A program made the translations under genes and the position numbers. The notes under the pieces were generated by a model. It was not told the DNA's origin. It made no database searches and was given only the letters and a program-made list of their open reading frames with translations. This document shows positions 1 through 13,657 of a stretch of 38,130 nt of DNA, one piece after another. This stretch comes from Octopus bimaculoides. Its lineage: Eukaryota. Where the stretch lies: NCBI RefSeq assembly GCF_001194135.2, contig NC_068985.1, positions 3,927,109 to 3,965,238 on the forward strand, in the 5' to 3' direction. Every line of letters starts with the position of its first letter. Position 1 is the first letter of the stretch.

Positions 1-522
1 ATATATATGTATAGTAAATTTCTAAGATTCAAATTGCAGGTTAAAACAGTTGGATAACCTCTTGCATAGCCAAAGTTTGTATCGATAACATAAGAAGACA
101 CGATATCCAATCAATAAATTTTATAAACCAATGTATCCAATACGGTTGGTGAGATATCGAAATAAGACAGAAACACCAATAAGATGACTGTTACTGTACT
201 ACTGCCTCATACAGCAACAAAGGTCGCTTATTATGTGATAATTAAGTCTGAGTAATGGGATTAAAATCGGTAGTTACGTACAACATTTGTGTCACAAGGA
301 GAACTGACCACATATTACGTAACTTTAAAGGTTCTACCTAATTACTCAGTTTTGCATTCAGGTACACTCCACCTGTCTATTCGAAATTCTTTGCCAATAC
401 ATACACATACACACATAAATGCATATATATATATATATATCTATGTATATAGGCACATATACATATACACTCTAACACACTCATATATGTGCACAGACAG
501 ATAGAGAAAGAAAGAAAGAAGG

Positions 523-563
<41 letters not shown>

Positions 564-887
564 GAGACCTTAGAAGAAATTCAATTATTTTCCTGAAAGT
601 TTGTCTCAGTGATAATTTTAGAATTTCACTCTCCTCCAAATCAAATTGATTATCTAACAGGTGTGTTTACATCTCATATCTAAATTGCCTCGAATTTTCT
701 TCTAATGGCTTCCTCTCCATACGCGCAGTCATACATTCATCCATCCTTCTATCCATACATCCGTGCATACATTCATACATACATACACGCATACATACAT
801 ACATACAGACAGACAGACAGACATACAGACTTACAGACAGATACATGTATATACATATATACATACATACGTGTGTGTGTGTATATA

Positions 888-935
<48 letters not shown>

Positions 936-1510
936 TATATGTATATATACTCGTATTTTTTGTTGTACACGTTTCATGACGTCCTGTGCCCACATATGCA
1001 TATATATATATACGTATAGATGTAAGTATGTACATATACGTATGTATATATGCGTATATATATATATATAGTTATAAATTCTTTATATTATTATATGATT
1101 GAACGCCACGCATCCTCTTCCAAGTAAGTATATATATATATATATATATATAGTGAGAATTTACAAAAAAAAAAAAGATGAAGGCAGGTGTGTAAACAAT
1201 AAACAGATGTATTAGTTTAACACTCGGGAAGTGAGAAAGTCTTTTACGTTTTGAGCCTACGCTCTTCAACAGAAAGGAACACAGAAATAAACAGGGAGAG
1301 AAAATAGAGAAGGTTTAGTGGCGCGTATAGACAGGCACACACGCGTATAGGCATGCACACACACGCATAGACAGAGACATACATAATACATACGTATATA
1401 GACGTTTCTTTATACACACGCATACACACTCACATTACCATCTGATGTAAAAAGAAAAACTAAATTTCTTCTTTAGAACTCTCTGAATACATCAAAGGAG
1501 TGATCACAAT

Positions 1511-2500
1511 TTGTTTGCTGTAGCGAAACTTATACCAACACTCGATAGAATCTACGGGATGACTAGAAGACAGACAATTCCTTGGGTATTGATGTTAAAA
1601 TACGAAGACTATTTATCACCTTCAGAATTTCAAGTAGAAAGGCAAATACTTAGAAAGACAAATAGAAGGCACATGATAACATTGGGCCAAACAGACTTCG
1701 AGTACTGTGTGTCTTCGACAGCATCTGTTAACCTCCATCCAAGCTTCGATATTCATCCACAGACCATAACCATTGTTGCACTTTCCACCATGCGAGCATT
1801 AGGACAATTAGAAAAATCCTTTCTAAAACGTATGGCCAAAGATGTACCCCTAAGGAAGTTGTTTTACTATACCAGAACATCAGACGAAAGGCTTTCTACA
1901 GGTGAGCAGACGCTCATGCATGGCTATGTTGTCAGAACGCTTCTGTCTGACTGTATAATAGTTAATCAACGCAGAAGATCTTGGCCCAACCTCCATTAAC
2001 TGTCACTTTGAAGGGTTTGCTTCTGCAATACAGGAACAAGAAATAAAGCTACGAGTACAGGCAAAACAGCGCTACGTGACAGACGATATATCATCATTGA
2101 AATTAAAAGTCAAGATGTCATCCATATTTAAGCAGCTGGTCGAAAATTTCATCGTCACTATAACATTTACAGTTTGTATTGTTCTGGAAACAATGTGAAG
2201 AGAAAAGTATTGTCATTCAGCAAATGTATATGCAGTTTCAGAGATGGCATTCGATCTCATGGGATGAAAGAGAACAGATACAATGTCTTCGTGAATATTT
2301 CTGTAAAATATACGCATAACACACCAGCCATAATGATCTGGGACTGGAAAGAAGAGCTGTCCATTGGATGGTAACCTTAAAGATTAGTGAAAAAGGAAAT
2401 ATAGGTCGAACGAAAGAGAAATATACTGATACAGCAACCGGATTATAATTTAAATTAATGTTTGTAAATATTGGTACACTGTGTAATGTAAATAAATGAA
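1511..2500 (+). mobile_element. Heavily degraded R4/Dong-like non-LTR retrotransposon 3' fragment (older copy)
   Basis: Broken frames give MHGY (~1916), HFEGFASAIQEQEI (~2006-2047) and VKYTHNTPAIMIWDWKEE (~2305-2360). These are collinear with the better-preserved copy at 2860-3740 (HFEGYAFAIQEQE; KHNRPDIMIWDREE). The 5' limit is uncertain. Confidence 0.6.
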
Positions 2501-2859
2501 TCTTCGAAAGTTAACTTGCGCAAATGCAAGCAAATGGCTGAATTAGAAATTACAATTACAACAAGCCGTTAATAAAGCTGAAAATATGTAAAATATGGTT
2601 GGTGTAAATACATACGCATAGCCATACAGAATATGTATATGTATGCATGCTTCGGTTGAATATAATGCAATAGTCTATATAATTCAATGAAAAGTATAGA
2701 TTACATATGAATAGAAGTTGGGAGTACACAGACAGTTGACGAATGAATAATTCGGAGCAAAAATATTTTCTGCCATTTTAGTGAGAAATATTAAAAATGA
2801 AATCAGAAATATCATACATATATACTGTGAACAGGGGAAAACTATAAACCAGACGAGTA

Positions 2860-3740
2860 ACATCTCCACTCTGTCTGATAACTAAGAATACATACCCAAA
2901 GAAGTCGCACGACTCTACCGCAACGTATCATAAGATGATTGGATGAACTTATATGAAAAGAAGACTATGCGTGAATATGCTAGTAGAAAGCCCCACGATG
3001 ATAGTAACATCAACCACCAAAGCAGTTTATCATGGACCAATAGCCGGAATTACTACGTCCCACTTTGAAGGCTATGCGTTTGCAATCCAGGAACAGGAAA
3101 CATCAATCAAATACCTGATACACAAAAGGGACAACCGATGCAGACTTTGTGGAGTTCACACTGAAGATATCACCCACATCATAAGCAGTTGTCCGAAAAT
3201 GTTATCATGGTATTATCTACCGATGAGACATGATGTAGCTAGGACACTCTATAATGAAATCCGTNNNNNNNNNNTGTAGCTAGGACACTCTATAATGAAA
3301 TCCGTCGGAAAGATAATCCGTAGAACAAAGAAATAAGAACTAACAATATGGTAGGAGCCATAGCCACTAATGATAAAAAGGAATACTGGTGGAATGTACC
3401 AGTGAAGACCTCAATAAAATGTAAGCACAACAGACCTGATATAATGATTTGGGATAGAGAAGAGAAACTGTGCACAGTTGTGGAAATTAGCTGCCCAGCT
3501 GATTACCCTGAACTATTGAGAAATCTGCAGTTACTCTATCCAGATTACAAGTTCAGGTTTATACCTGTAATTATTGGACCCTGGGATATGTAACACACTA
3601 CTTAAATACAAATCTTGAGAAATTAGTCTTCTCAAAATCAGAAAGGAGAAAATTAATTCGAAGACTACAGATCCACTCCATCACTGGAACTGTAAAAAAT
3701 CTTTATAACTTTTCAGAAGTTTATCGTTTCCACTGTGTAG
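2860..3740 (+). mobile_element. R4/Dong-like (REL-endonuclease) non-LTR retrotransposon, 3' part of ORF, pseudogenised
   Basis: CCHC finger CRLCGVHTEDITHIISSC, then YLPMRHDV, then REL core KHNRPDIMIWDREEKLCTVVEISCP (PD..D type) and YKFRFIPVIIG. Frameshifts, an in-frame stop and an apparent deletion after SCPAD. Clade assignment is from motif recall. Confidence 0.85.
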
Positions 3741-4760
3741 TCCACATGCTAAAGCCAGATGTAGCCTAGAGTATCTATACTTCTGGTTACAACACAGCAT
3801 CTCCCTCATCACATTTCCAATCTTTATTGAGGCTACATAGAATAATAACTGGATACTTTGCAGTCGAAAGTTAACTTACGAAGGGATCTCGAAGAAGTAG
3901 TGAACGCTAGAAATACAATATGAAGGCCTACAATTGTCGATTCACCGTGACACTTTTGTTTCAACCAAAGTTTGGTTGCTTTGTGGTGGAGACCAGGAAA
4001 ACAAAGCCTACAGAGATTCACACTGAAAGGAAAATAAACTGCCAACCTTTACCGCAAAAAAGAATTCCGGCAGGGTCCTATAGATGGGAATGGTGACAGT
4101 ATTAGTAGTCTTAGGTCCCCGTTGTAATTAGATCTCTCTCCTTCATCATGATAATGTGTATCATAATGCCTCTGCAAACGTGCGTATCCCCTACAACGAT
4201 GGATGATAGAACTTGCTTTTTCGGGAGTTGTCGTTATCATTGTGGTAGTTACAGTGTCAAACATGTCTGCCACGATAAAATCCTTTTAGAGTTTTCTCCC
4301 TTGTGCAAGAATGCGATAGATGTAATATTGACAATAACTGTCCTGATGATCCGCTAACACTCGTTGTTGCTTTGTCCGCTATTACAGTTCTTTACAGTTT
4401 TTTTTTAAATAACAGTCGTGAAAAGCTTCACAACTGAAAGAACTGCACCGAGATAAACATGCAACAAAGGATCCATCGTTGAAGGACAGACAGAAGCGAG
4501 TAAACAAGTTCATTGAATTATATGAGGGGGGACGTCATAACCCATGTTTATAAATATTAAATCAAATATCTCCAGAAAATTTTAATCAATATTTAATTTA
4601 ATATTTCTGAATATAATTATGCTATTCCCGAGCATATTTAAGCGCTTATTTACAGAACTCCATTATTAGAATACAGCATGTGATGATCCGTTTACACACC
4701 AAAAAGAATACGAATTTGTAAGCATTATAAAAAATAACAGTTACTCACAGTCGTGTACAC

Positions 4761-4764
<4 letters not shown>

Positions 4765-4833
<69 letters not shown>
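4765..4833. repeat. (AC)n microsatellite
   Basis: Perfect AC dinucleotide run of about 34 units. Confidence 0.97.
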
Positions 4834-4834
<1 letters not shown>

Positions 4835-6447
4835 CAGCTGCAGCAACTCTGTTCTAGACGCGTGAGTAACAGAGGTGGCCGGCAGCAAATACGAATTGTA
4901 ATAGATTTTCGATTTTCGTCTACAGTAAAATGCTTATGTTTTAGTATTTTGGGGTATGACCGCAATGCGATGTAGTTGGAAATTTCAAAGTCAAACATTT
5001 ATAGTAACTTTGTTTCCTTGATATGAAAGAGTCTGGAATGTCATGTTTCCACTGGTGAATATTTTCGAAGGGTCTCCTTCAAGCGACAGTTTAGTGTGAG
5101 GTGAACGGTTGCATATTGTTGGCGTTTGTGAGCGCAAATTTGGAGACGGCCGTTAAGAGAAGTGATAGCAAGCAGATTGATAATATGGAAGGGAATGGTT
5201 GAAGTAACATCACCGACCCCTTACGATACATCAGCCAGAGTGGGTGTCTGAGGGAACTCCATCTCGGTATACTACAATGCTGTGTTCTGATAGGACGCTT
5301 ACAATGCAGGCGAAATGAGCAAAGATCAGATCTGGGCTACCTTAGCTGTGAGATGCTCGTTACAGTCACTGGCTGATGGTTTATTGATGCAAAATACGAC
5401 ATTGCTTTCAGCTAACTTCTCCAGTATAAGGGAACATTAATGACGGACGAAAGAGAAACAAAAATATGCCACAAGTTGATCAGGCTCCACAGACACCATG
5501 TTGACAGTTACAGAGGAATTAGGGAAACTCACAGAACTGAAAATGATTGTTAACTACGCACGCATGCATACATGGAGTCATAATCAATTTATGGTCAATA
5601 TGGAATGATGGGAAATTTCAAATAGAACAAATTTTCTTATTGGAATCTAGTCGTCTCCAAAGTAAAACTATGGAAGGTGTTTGATCCTCTGATAATTTTC
5701 AAAAGAAAACACTGGAATCCCTCATTTTACACCTTTTTTTACTCCTTTTCTACAAGCATATTATATCATTTCTGTAGTGAGGAAGGCTCCGACTTCGAAT
5801 CTCGCCTAATTATACTTTAAGATTCATGACCATGGGATCGATGCTATAAGCGCAGCACATGTTTGGTTGTTTCGTACATTGACTTCAGTCTTTTGTACTT
5901 AAGACATTTAGATATCAGACACAACCGTTCAAATCTGCTTAGCAACCAGCTCCGAGCGAAATTAGCCTCTTCAACTACTTCGAACGCGTCTCGAAGACGA
6001 GTAACAAACATTATTTATCAGCAGAAGAAGCAAAACAAAACAAAAAAAAACATCAAATAAGTTAAATAAAGACAACAGTGATAAATTTAATAAATAAAAA
6101 ACAACAACAACAACAACACAAACAAGAATATCTGTCCAGAATCAACATCCAGGATTGTTTAAATCTGATGGGAATGATAAATGGAACAACTGAATGTGAT
6201 TCAGCTGTTAGGTCACAAAAGGAGTGCGACAGATGGTGGCTGTGCTTTCATATTCAGCTACAAACAGATGGATATATTTTCTTGACATTTTTGTTCCTGA
6301 ATTGGTCGTTAATGTGGATGTTGAGAGCAGAATGAAGAGTTTGTAGTCATCTTTGATAGTATAAGATAACGTTGATGATAAATGTTGTTGCTAATGCTGA
6401 AGATGATACGATTGTGATAATAATGCCGATAGCAATGAGAATAAAAT

Positions 6448-6660
6448 TGGTTTCAAATCTTGACATAAGGCCAGCAAGTTCGAGATGAAGTGAGTCAATC
6501 ACATCGATCCCCCAATACTCCACTGGTATTTATTTTATCGTTTCTCAATTGACGAAAGGCAAAGTCTGACATTTGAACTCGGAACGTAAAGAGGGATTAA
6601 ACGCCACTAAACATTTTGTCCGGCGCGCTAACCATTCTGCCATCTCCTCGTCGCCGCCTT
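6448..6660 (-). mobile_element. tRNA-derived SINE, family A (degraded)
   Basis: Reverse complement shows a decayed head (TGGCAGAATGGTTAGCGCGCCGG), a B-box-like GAGTTCAAAT and a central/tail region shared with the other copies in the window. Confidence 0.75.
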
Positions 6661-6661
6661 C

Positions 6662-6876
6662 GGTTTAAAATTTTGGCACAAGGCCAGCAATTTCGGCTAA
6701 ACGGATAAGTCGATTACATTGATCCCTAGTGCTCAACGGGTGCTTATTTTATCGACCCCGAAACGATGAAAACCAAAGTCGACCACGGCAAAAGTTGAAC
6801 TCATAACGTAACGGCAGACGAAATACCGCAAAGCATTTTGCCCGGCGTGCTAACGATTCCGCCAGCTCACCGCCTT
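6662..6876 (-). mobile_element. tRNA-derived SINE, family A (tandem with the previous copy)
   Basis: Reverse complement reads GGTGAGCTGGCGGAATCGTTAGCACGCCGGGCAAAATGC...GAGTTCAACT...TTCATCGTTTCGGGGTCGATAAAATAAG. It matches copies at 10285, 20492, 26139 and 31166. Confidence 0.85.
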
Positions 6877-7159
6877 AATAATAATGATAATAATAATAGT
6901 GACAACAACAACAAGATCAGCAGTAGCAACAACAACACAAAAAACAACAATAATAATATGTGCATCTCTGATCACGAAGTAGTGGTGGAACATCGAATTC
7001 TTTGGAATCTGGATAATTCATCTCTGATAATTCATTATGAGTGTTTCGTTCAACAGTCTTAAACAACCCTTATTCAGGGACCTTTTGAGTGGGATGGGCT
7101 ACTCGACCTGAAAAAATTTCCAACTGAGCCCCACCTGCAAGGTCATGCACTGTTTATCA

Positions 7160-7575
7160 AAAGAAGGCAGCAGAGCGATCTTCATGATGCAGACGACCGA
7201 TAGCTGCATTCGTCCTCGACCTGGTAGCCACTGTTTGCTATAACTCCACAAGTCAGCAATGCTTGTGCACTGTACAAGCGCATACAGGCAGATTTTGTTG
7301 CGCTGTGCAAATCTCAGCACCGATGGCAGCACTAACATGTCTGGAGAGTTTATGGCAACGGGGGGTGAATGCCCCACCCCCTGGCACAGTCGGGTTGGGG
7401 ATATCTGGATATTTCCCATGGGCTTCGGCTCGAAATTCTTCCGGAAAAGACCGACCAGTTAATTTTCTTCGATGGCCAGAGTTTTGCCGAACTTACAGTT
7501 CATATTTACCTGCAAGTTTTGACTGAACCTGCATTCCGAGCATTTTTATCGGAAGCTTCAACACCGTCTCCCACC
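7160..7575 (-). mobile_element. Degraded L1/Tx1-like LINE ORF2 C-terminal (CCHC) fragment
   Basis: Minus frames give ..HKLSRH.. then LRFAQRNKICLYALVQCTSIADLWSY..LSVVCIMKIA. This resembles a decayed C-x2-C..ET..HALxQC..LW zinc-knuckle region of L1/Tx1 ORF2. Motif recall only. Confidence 0.55.
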
Positions 7576-7578
7576 GCG

Positions 7579-7670
7579 TTAAAATGGTTCACGGTCAATG
7601 CAACTATGGCGATGATACTGACGCAGCATTATTGATATTGTTGATGATGATGATGATGGTGATGATGATA

Positions 7671-7716
<46 letters not shown>

Positions 7717-7912
7717 NNNNNNNNNNNNNNNNNNNNNNNNNNNNNNNNNNNNNNNNNNNNNNNNNNNNNNNNNNNNNNNNNNNNNNNNNNNNNNNNNNNN
7801 NNNNNNNNNNNNNNNNNNNNTTAAAATGGTTCACGGTCAATGCAACTATGGCGATGATACTGACGCAGCATTATTGATATTGTTGATGATGATGATGATG
7901 GTGATGATGATA

Positions 7913-7958
<46 letters not shown>
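7579..7958. repeat. (GAT)n microsatellite, duplicated around an N-gap
   Basis: 7579-7716 is repeated at 7821-7958 on either side of the N-run 7717-7820; probable contig-overlap artefact. Confidence 0.85.
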
Positions 7959-7959
<1 letters not shown>

Positions 7960-8049
7960 GTGGAGGAGGAGGAGGGGAGAAGAAGAGGTGAAAAGGAGAA
8001 GCGGAAGAAGAGACTATTTTGGAAATGATTTAAGGGAGTGATTTATAGG

Positions 8050-8345
8050 TGAGAGCGAGAGAGAGAGCGAGAGAGAGAGAGAGCGAGAGAGAGAGCGAGA
8101 GAGAGATCGAGAGAGAGAGCGAGAGAGAGAGCGAGAGAGAGACAGAGAGCGAGAGAGAGAGAGAGAGCTTGTGTATGAAAATTGTGTATGTGTATGCGTG
8201 TGTGCGTGAAAAAGAAAGCCAAGAGCTTAATAAAATGAAAGAGAGGTGGAAAATATCATTAGCATCTCAACAGTGAGAGAGTGAGAAAGTGGGTGAGAGA
8301 TAGAGAGAGAGTGAGAAAGAGAGTGAGAGAGAGAGAGAGAGAAAG
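8050..8345. repeat. (GA)n/(GAGC)-interrupted polypurine tracts
   Basis: Two GA-rich arrays visible directly. Confidence 0.9.
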
Positions 8346-8619
8346 AGATAGTAGGAGACCAAAGGTTATTAAGTTAGATTTATATTGTTTGATGATATCG
8401 TCAAAGTATTGATTTGTAAGTCGTCGGTGAACACGAAGATAAAATACTGGAAAAAAATTATATAAAAATAAAACTAACAAAAATAGTCAATTTTTCTAAT
8501 ATGAGCTAACGTCACACACAACTGAAGCAGCAGGGAACGAGTAATGTTGATTAAATCTACCTAAGCACTTTTTAGTTATATATTTATCTCTCCCAGAGGA
8601 AGAAACTGCGCCGCAGACC

Positions 8620-8835
8620 CGAGTTCAGAATCAGATGGCAAAGGGACGTAACAAAAGAACGTTAAGTAATTTCTACTCCTGTATCCGCGCCTTCAGATGT
8701 ATTTTATACTCACTGGGAGAACGGTGTTATCTCTCTCCTGTGTTTTGCGAGGTGAATTGTCTCAAGTGTTCAACTTGCATCTATTTTATCGACCCCAGAA
8801 TGACAAAAAACATTCCAGTTCGGCAGGACTCGATC
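8620..8835 (-). mobile_element. Degraded SINE family A remnant
   Basis: Contains TATTTTATCGACCCCAGAATGA, the shared central motif in reverse orientation. Confidence 0.55.
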
Positions 8836-8877
8836 TAAGAGTAATATTTAGCCTTCAAATTCTTATTATAATGAAGC

Positions 8878-8939
<62 letters not shown>

Positions 8940-9440
8940 NNNNNNNNNNNNNNNNNNNNNNNNNNNNNNNNNNNNNNNNNNNNNNNNNNNNNNNNNNNNN
9001 NNNNNNNNNNNNNNNNNNNNNNNNNNNNNNNNNNNNNNNNNNNNNNNNNNNNNNNNNNNNNNNNNNNNNNNNNNNNNNNNNNNNNNNNNNNNNNNNNNNN
9101 NNNNNNNNNNNNNNNNNNNNNNNNNNNNNNNNNNNNNNNNNNNNNNNNNNNNNNNNNNNNNNNNNNNNNNNNNNNNNNNNNNNNNNNNNNNNNNNNNNNN
9201 NNNNNNNNNNNNNNNNNNNNNNNNNNNNNNNNNNNNNNNNNNNNNNNNNNNNNNNNNNNNNNNNNNNNNNNNNNNNNNNNNNNNNNNNNNNNNNNNNNNN
9301 NNNNNNNNNNNNNNNNNNNNNNNNNNNNNNNNNNNNNNNNNNNNNNNNNNNNNNNNNNNNNNNNNNNNNNNNNNNNNNNNNNNNNNNNNNNNNNNNNNNN
9401 NNNNNNNNNNNNNNNNNNNNNNNNNNNNNNNNNNNNNNNN

Positions 9441-9477
<37 letters not shown>

Positions 9478-9482
<5 letters not shown>

Positions 9483-9634
9483 ACTTCTTTCAGTTAACAA
9501 ATCCTCTCGCGTGGCTTTGGGCAGCCCACGGTCACAGTAAAAACACTTAGCTAAGGTGCCAAGCAGCCGGACTGAACTCGCTACCCAGCTGTGGTGGAGT
9601 AGTGGGCTTCTTATCACACAGTCACACCTGCACC
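9478..9634 (-). mobile_element. tRNA-derived SINE, family B, 5' half
   Basis: Reverse complement: GCAGGTGTGACTGTGTGATAAGAAG..GAGTTCAGTCC..GGCACCTTAGCTAAGTGTT..AACTGAAAGAAGTCC, followed by (TA)n. Matches segments at 28232-28270 and 29752-29901. Confidence 0.75.
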
Positions 9635-10284
9635 AAGATATATACACAAATTAGGTATGAAAATTATAAGCTTAACTATAATTACCTGCGAGAGAATCAT
9701 TTGTTGTAAAAAGTGAGTGGGACATTGTTGTGTCGGGATGTGAGAAAATGTCTGGCGAATATATTAAGCGTTCGCTGCACTGAAACGGTTGAAGCACAAA
9801 TGGATAGCAAGAATCATTTATGTAAGAAAATAATCGTTATCGATAAGTATTTATTGAGCAAAGATTAAAAGGTTCAAACGCTATAATAAGTGAAGTGTTT
9901 TCACTTGAAAAAGATATATCAACCGAGGTGGCCTATAATTTGTGGACAGTGAGAATAGTGGGGGAGGGAGGTGTCATGCGGTGAGAGGTTTGTCAATGTA
10001 GCCTAGTGACTTCAATCACTTACACACGCACGCCCACACGTGCACACACACAGAGGTACGCACACGCACGCACACACACAAACACACACGCATCCACAGA
10101 CACAGCGCAATTAGATGTAACCAGTGTTTCTTCACCACAATTATATNNNNNNNNNNATATATACCCCTTCTGTCATCATAAAATGGTTTGATTAGTGAGA
10201 AAAAACGGCTGCTATTTCTAACAGACTCAGCAATCGTCCAGGTGTTCCCTCATTAACCTGCTGTTAACGTTTAATCTCAGAATG

Positions 10285-10500
10285 AAGGCGGCGAGCTACA
10301 GGCAAAATGATTGACACGCCGGACGAAAAGTTTCACGACATTTCATCCGACTTAACATTCTGAGTTCATATTCCTCCACAGTCGACTTTATCTTTCATCC
10401 TTTCAGGGACCGATAAAATAAGAACCAATCAAGCTCTGGTTCGATGTACTCGACTCCTCCACGGCCCCCAAATTTCAGGCCTTGTGCTTATTGTTGAAAA
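10285..10500 (+). mobile_element. tRNA-derived SINE, family A
   Basis: GGCGGCGAGCT..ACACGCCGGACGAAA..CTGAGTTCATATTCC..TTTCATCCTTTCAGGGACCGATAAAATAAG..AAATTTCAGGCCTTGTGC. Confidence 0.8.
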
Positions 10501-11154
10501 CGGCATCTAATCTCACAGTAGCCTTGCTTTACAAGCCCCATGATCTTTGGTGTTCCAAATGTAACAATACCGTCATTTTTAAAGACAGTTTGTTGTGATT
10601 AACGAAAGATTCGGTTGAAACCTGTAACAGGTCATGTGACTAAGTATACTGATTGTTCATTCACAGAAGGTAGTTTTCATTATTATTCAATAAGATATCA
10701 TGGGTGTAATGATACAGATTAAATAACGACTCAAAAATATAGAGAGCAAACATGCAAGAAAGAAAGAAGAAATAAATAAGAAAATAGCACAAAATAGAAC
10801 TTACATTGCATCGTCCCACTAAATATTGTTATAGGCCCAGCCTAATTGAAAGAGTGATAGAGAAGATTACATTAGAAATAATTAATGACGGCTTTGCTGA
10901 TAAATGCGTCCAAACACACAACGCATTCAGACAATTCAGCGATATTGGGATACGTTTTCCCTCCCAACTCTTTGCTTCGGTGGATAATCAAAATCATTTT
11001 CCCTATAACATTAATTAATCAAGAGATGCTATTAAGTTACGTTAATTAATCAAAAATTGCTGCTTCACTGAGTACATCTTATTTGGAGACACAAATACTT
11101 ACTCACTCAGACATATACATGTAATTACGTACACACACACACACACGCACACAC

Positions 11155-11186
<32 letters not shown>

Positions 11187-11550
11187 GTATATGGCATGTG
11201 TGTCAGACAACGAATCCCAAATAACTTCAATTGTTTAAAGAATGTGTTATTATTTGTGCGGATGTTTGCGTTGCACTTTGATAAGTGTTAGTGTTTGAAT
11301 AGAGGCAGTATGGTGAGCGTGTTTACGTACCGGAACGTATTAATAAAGTTGCAAACGGTGTGAGTATATGTACATACATAACAATATTTGAGTGTGTGTG
11401 CGCGTGTCTGTGTGAGTTATATATAGGTATGTGTGTGTGTGTGTCGCTATTGAAAATGTAATGAGCAAAATCAAACGGAAAACAACAACAGGAGGAACAA
11501 CTTTCAACAAATATTGCATCGTTTAATCATTTAAAGAAAGAGAGGAAAGA

Positions 11551-11590
11551 GCTGTAACGTTTCAGATATTAGTCCTTCATCAGAAGAAAG
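11551..11590 (-). ncRNA. Degenerate hammerhead-ribozyme-like core (Penelope-type), probably inactive
   Basis: Minus strand reads CTGATGA-A-GGA-ctaata-TCT-GAAA-CGTT. The core and a 3-bp stem II are present, but stem I does not pair. Confidence 0.4.
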
Positions 11591-11754
11591 CGTAAGAGGA
11601 GTGAGAACGAAAAGTAGTAAAGTAAAACGGATATAAGAATAGGAGCTACGTTAAGGTAATGCAGTACGAGTGGAGTTATAAGGAAGGAAGGTAGGGCTGC
11701 GGGTAGGTACATATGAGTATATTCATATTTTGACAAAGAAATATGGCTGAAAAT

Positions 11755-11789
<35 letters not shown>

Positions 11790-12387
11790 CTTATTCGGAT
11801 ACGTGTGTATGTGTAGAGGCTGCAATAGCGGGAGTATAGTGGGTTCGTTAGTAGGAGCGGGAAGGGTTAGTGTGTGTGAGACAGAAAAGTAGAGAAGTTC
11901 GGGGGTGGGAGCAAGTTTTGAATATAAAGTAAAAGGGAAGGCAAGATTTATTTAGGGGCTGAGATCAGAATATATACGAGTGTATAGGTGTAAAATGCTG
12001 CTGCAAAGAGGGACAGCATGAACAAAAAAATGAAAGACGGAGAAAAGCGGACAGTTCTGAGGGATGAAAGAATGGAAAAAAAATGTGCGAAAATTAGGAG
12101 AAAGAAAAATTACAATACAACACTGATGCAAGTATATTAGTTTGTTCTGTGAAAGAAGAAAATTAGTGGAGCACGTGGAAGGGAGGTAAAGTGTATAAAC
12201 GGAAAGGGAACAGGAAAGATATATATATATNNNNNNNNNNTACATACATACATACATAAATACATACAAACATACAAACATACATATACGTTGACTATCT
12301 GGCATTCCATCGCTCTTAATTATAATTATATTTTTGCAATTATATACTTAAATTTATATATATACATATATTAATATCATATATACG

Positions 12388-12430
<43 letters not shown>

Positions 12431-12897
12431 CGTGAAATCTTTTTATTTATACAAATTCATAAACTTTATATGGAGAAAATATTGAATAAGTAGTTTGAAG
12501 ATGAGGACAAGGAAAAGTGTGTGNNNNNNNNNNAGGAAAAGTGTGTGAATATTGGTCCTTAGAGCTGTTTCAAGGACAGTTGCGCAGTGAAGATGGAATA
12601 AACTGCCACTAAAATGCTGGTTGCAATGGCTTTGAGGGAATTGCACCAACCACGCATCTTATTTCGAAACAGTAATACGAGGTAATCTGAGCAGAATCTT
12701 CCTTCTCTTTCACTTTCGGATCTTAATTCTAGTGACCTGCCTTATCCTATTATGTAATACTACGGAATACCTTATAGCTATTCGAGACTGTACCATCATA
12801 TATCACAAAGATTGTGCATGTTAGTTTCTGGTGCAGACCGTTCTGTTGCTCGGGTCAACTGGGACACTCGTCGTCGCAATCGATGGAGTAACAGTGT

Positions 12898-12948
<51 letters not shown>

Positions 12949-13463
12949 CATACAGGCTGCTGCTATTTATAGTGCTAAACGCTTTCGGTATGCAACTTAG
13001 ACATTCCTTCATAGAGTAAATGCTTCATTTGTTGAGTATATAAACACATATACACATTCATATATACATACACATACACTCACGGGCGTGTGCGATGGAA
13101 CAAAGAAAGAATAAGGGTTACAAATAACGGAATAATATTCTTGATAATGGAGGTGAAGAGCCATGATTTTCTAAGCGTTTGTTTCATTGATATCAGTGGA
13201 AGTCCGCAGTAGAAGTCCGTCTATTAGAGAATGAAATTGGAAACGTTATTCCATTGGCTGACGATGTAGAACAGATACCTAGACCCGGTGTACCTGCAAT
13301 TTAGCTTTAAAGATGTGGTTTAGACAGTGATAGATTCACTTACGTCTTTAGTAACACTGAAGAAATAACTGTAAGTCTACTTGTAAACAAAATTTACTCG
13401 CAGTTGACGTACGATAGCATAATTCCCCCCCCATCCACCACCCGCACGAACATATATTAATCG

Positions 13464-13504
<41 letters not shown>

Positions 13505-13613
13505 TAGATATGGATATATATACAATTATATACATACATATATGTATATATATAATCGAAACTGTGCCGGTGCTTTACTCATCATCTACTTATACATTTT
13601 GTATAATTTCTCC

Positions 13614-13657
<44 letters not shown>

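Noticed and set aside
3234-3305. 31-bp direct repeat that looks like a TSD inside the REL element
   Set aside because: It exactly flanks a 10-N gap, so it is an unmerged contig overlap. The same pattern occurs at 7579-7958 and around 12524-12533.
10840-11050. Cluster of TAATTA/TTAATTAATC homeodomain-like sites
   Set aside because: Expected frequently in such AT-rich DNA; unsupported without conservation data.
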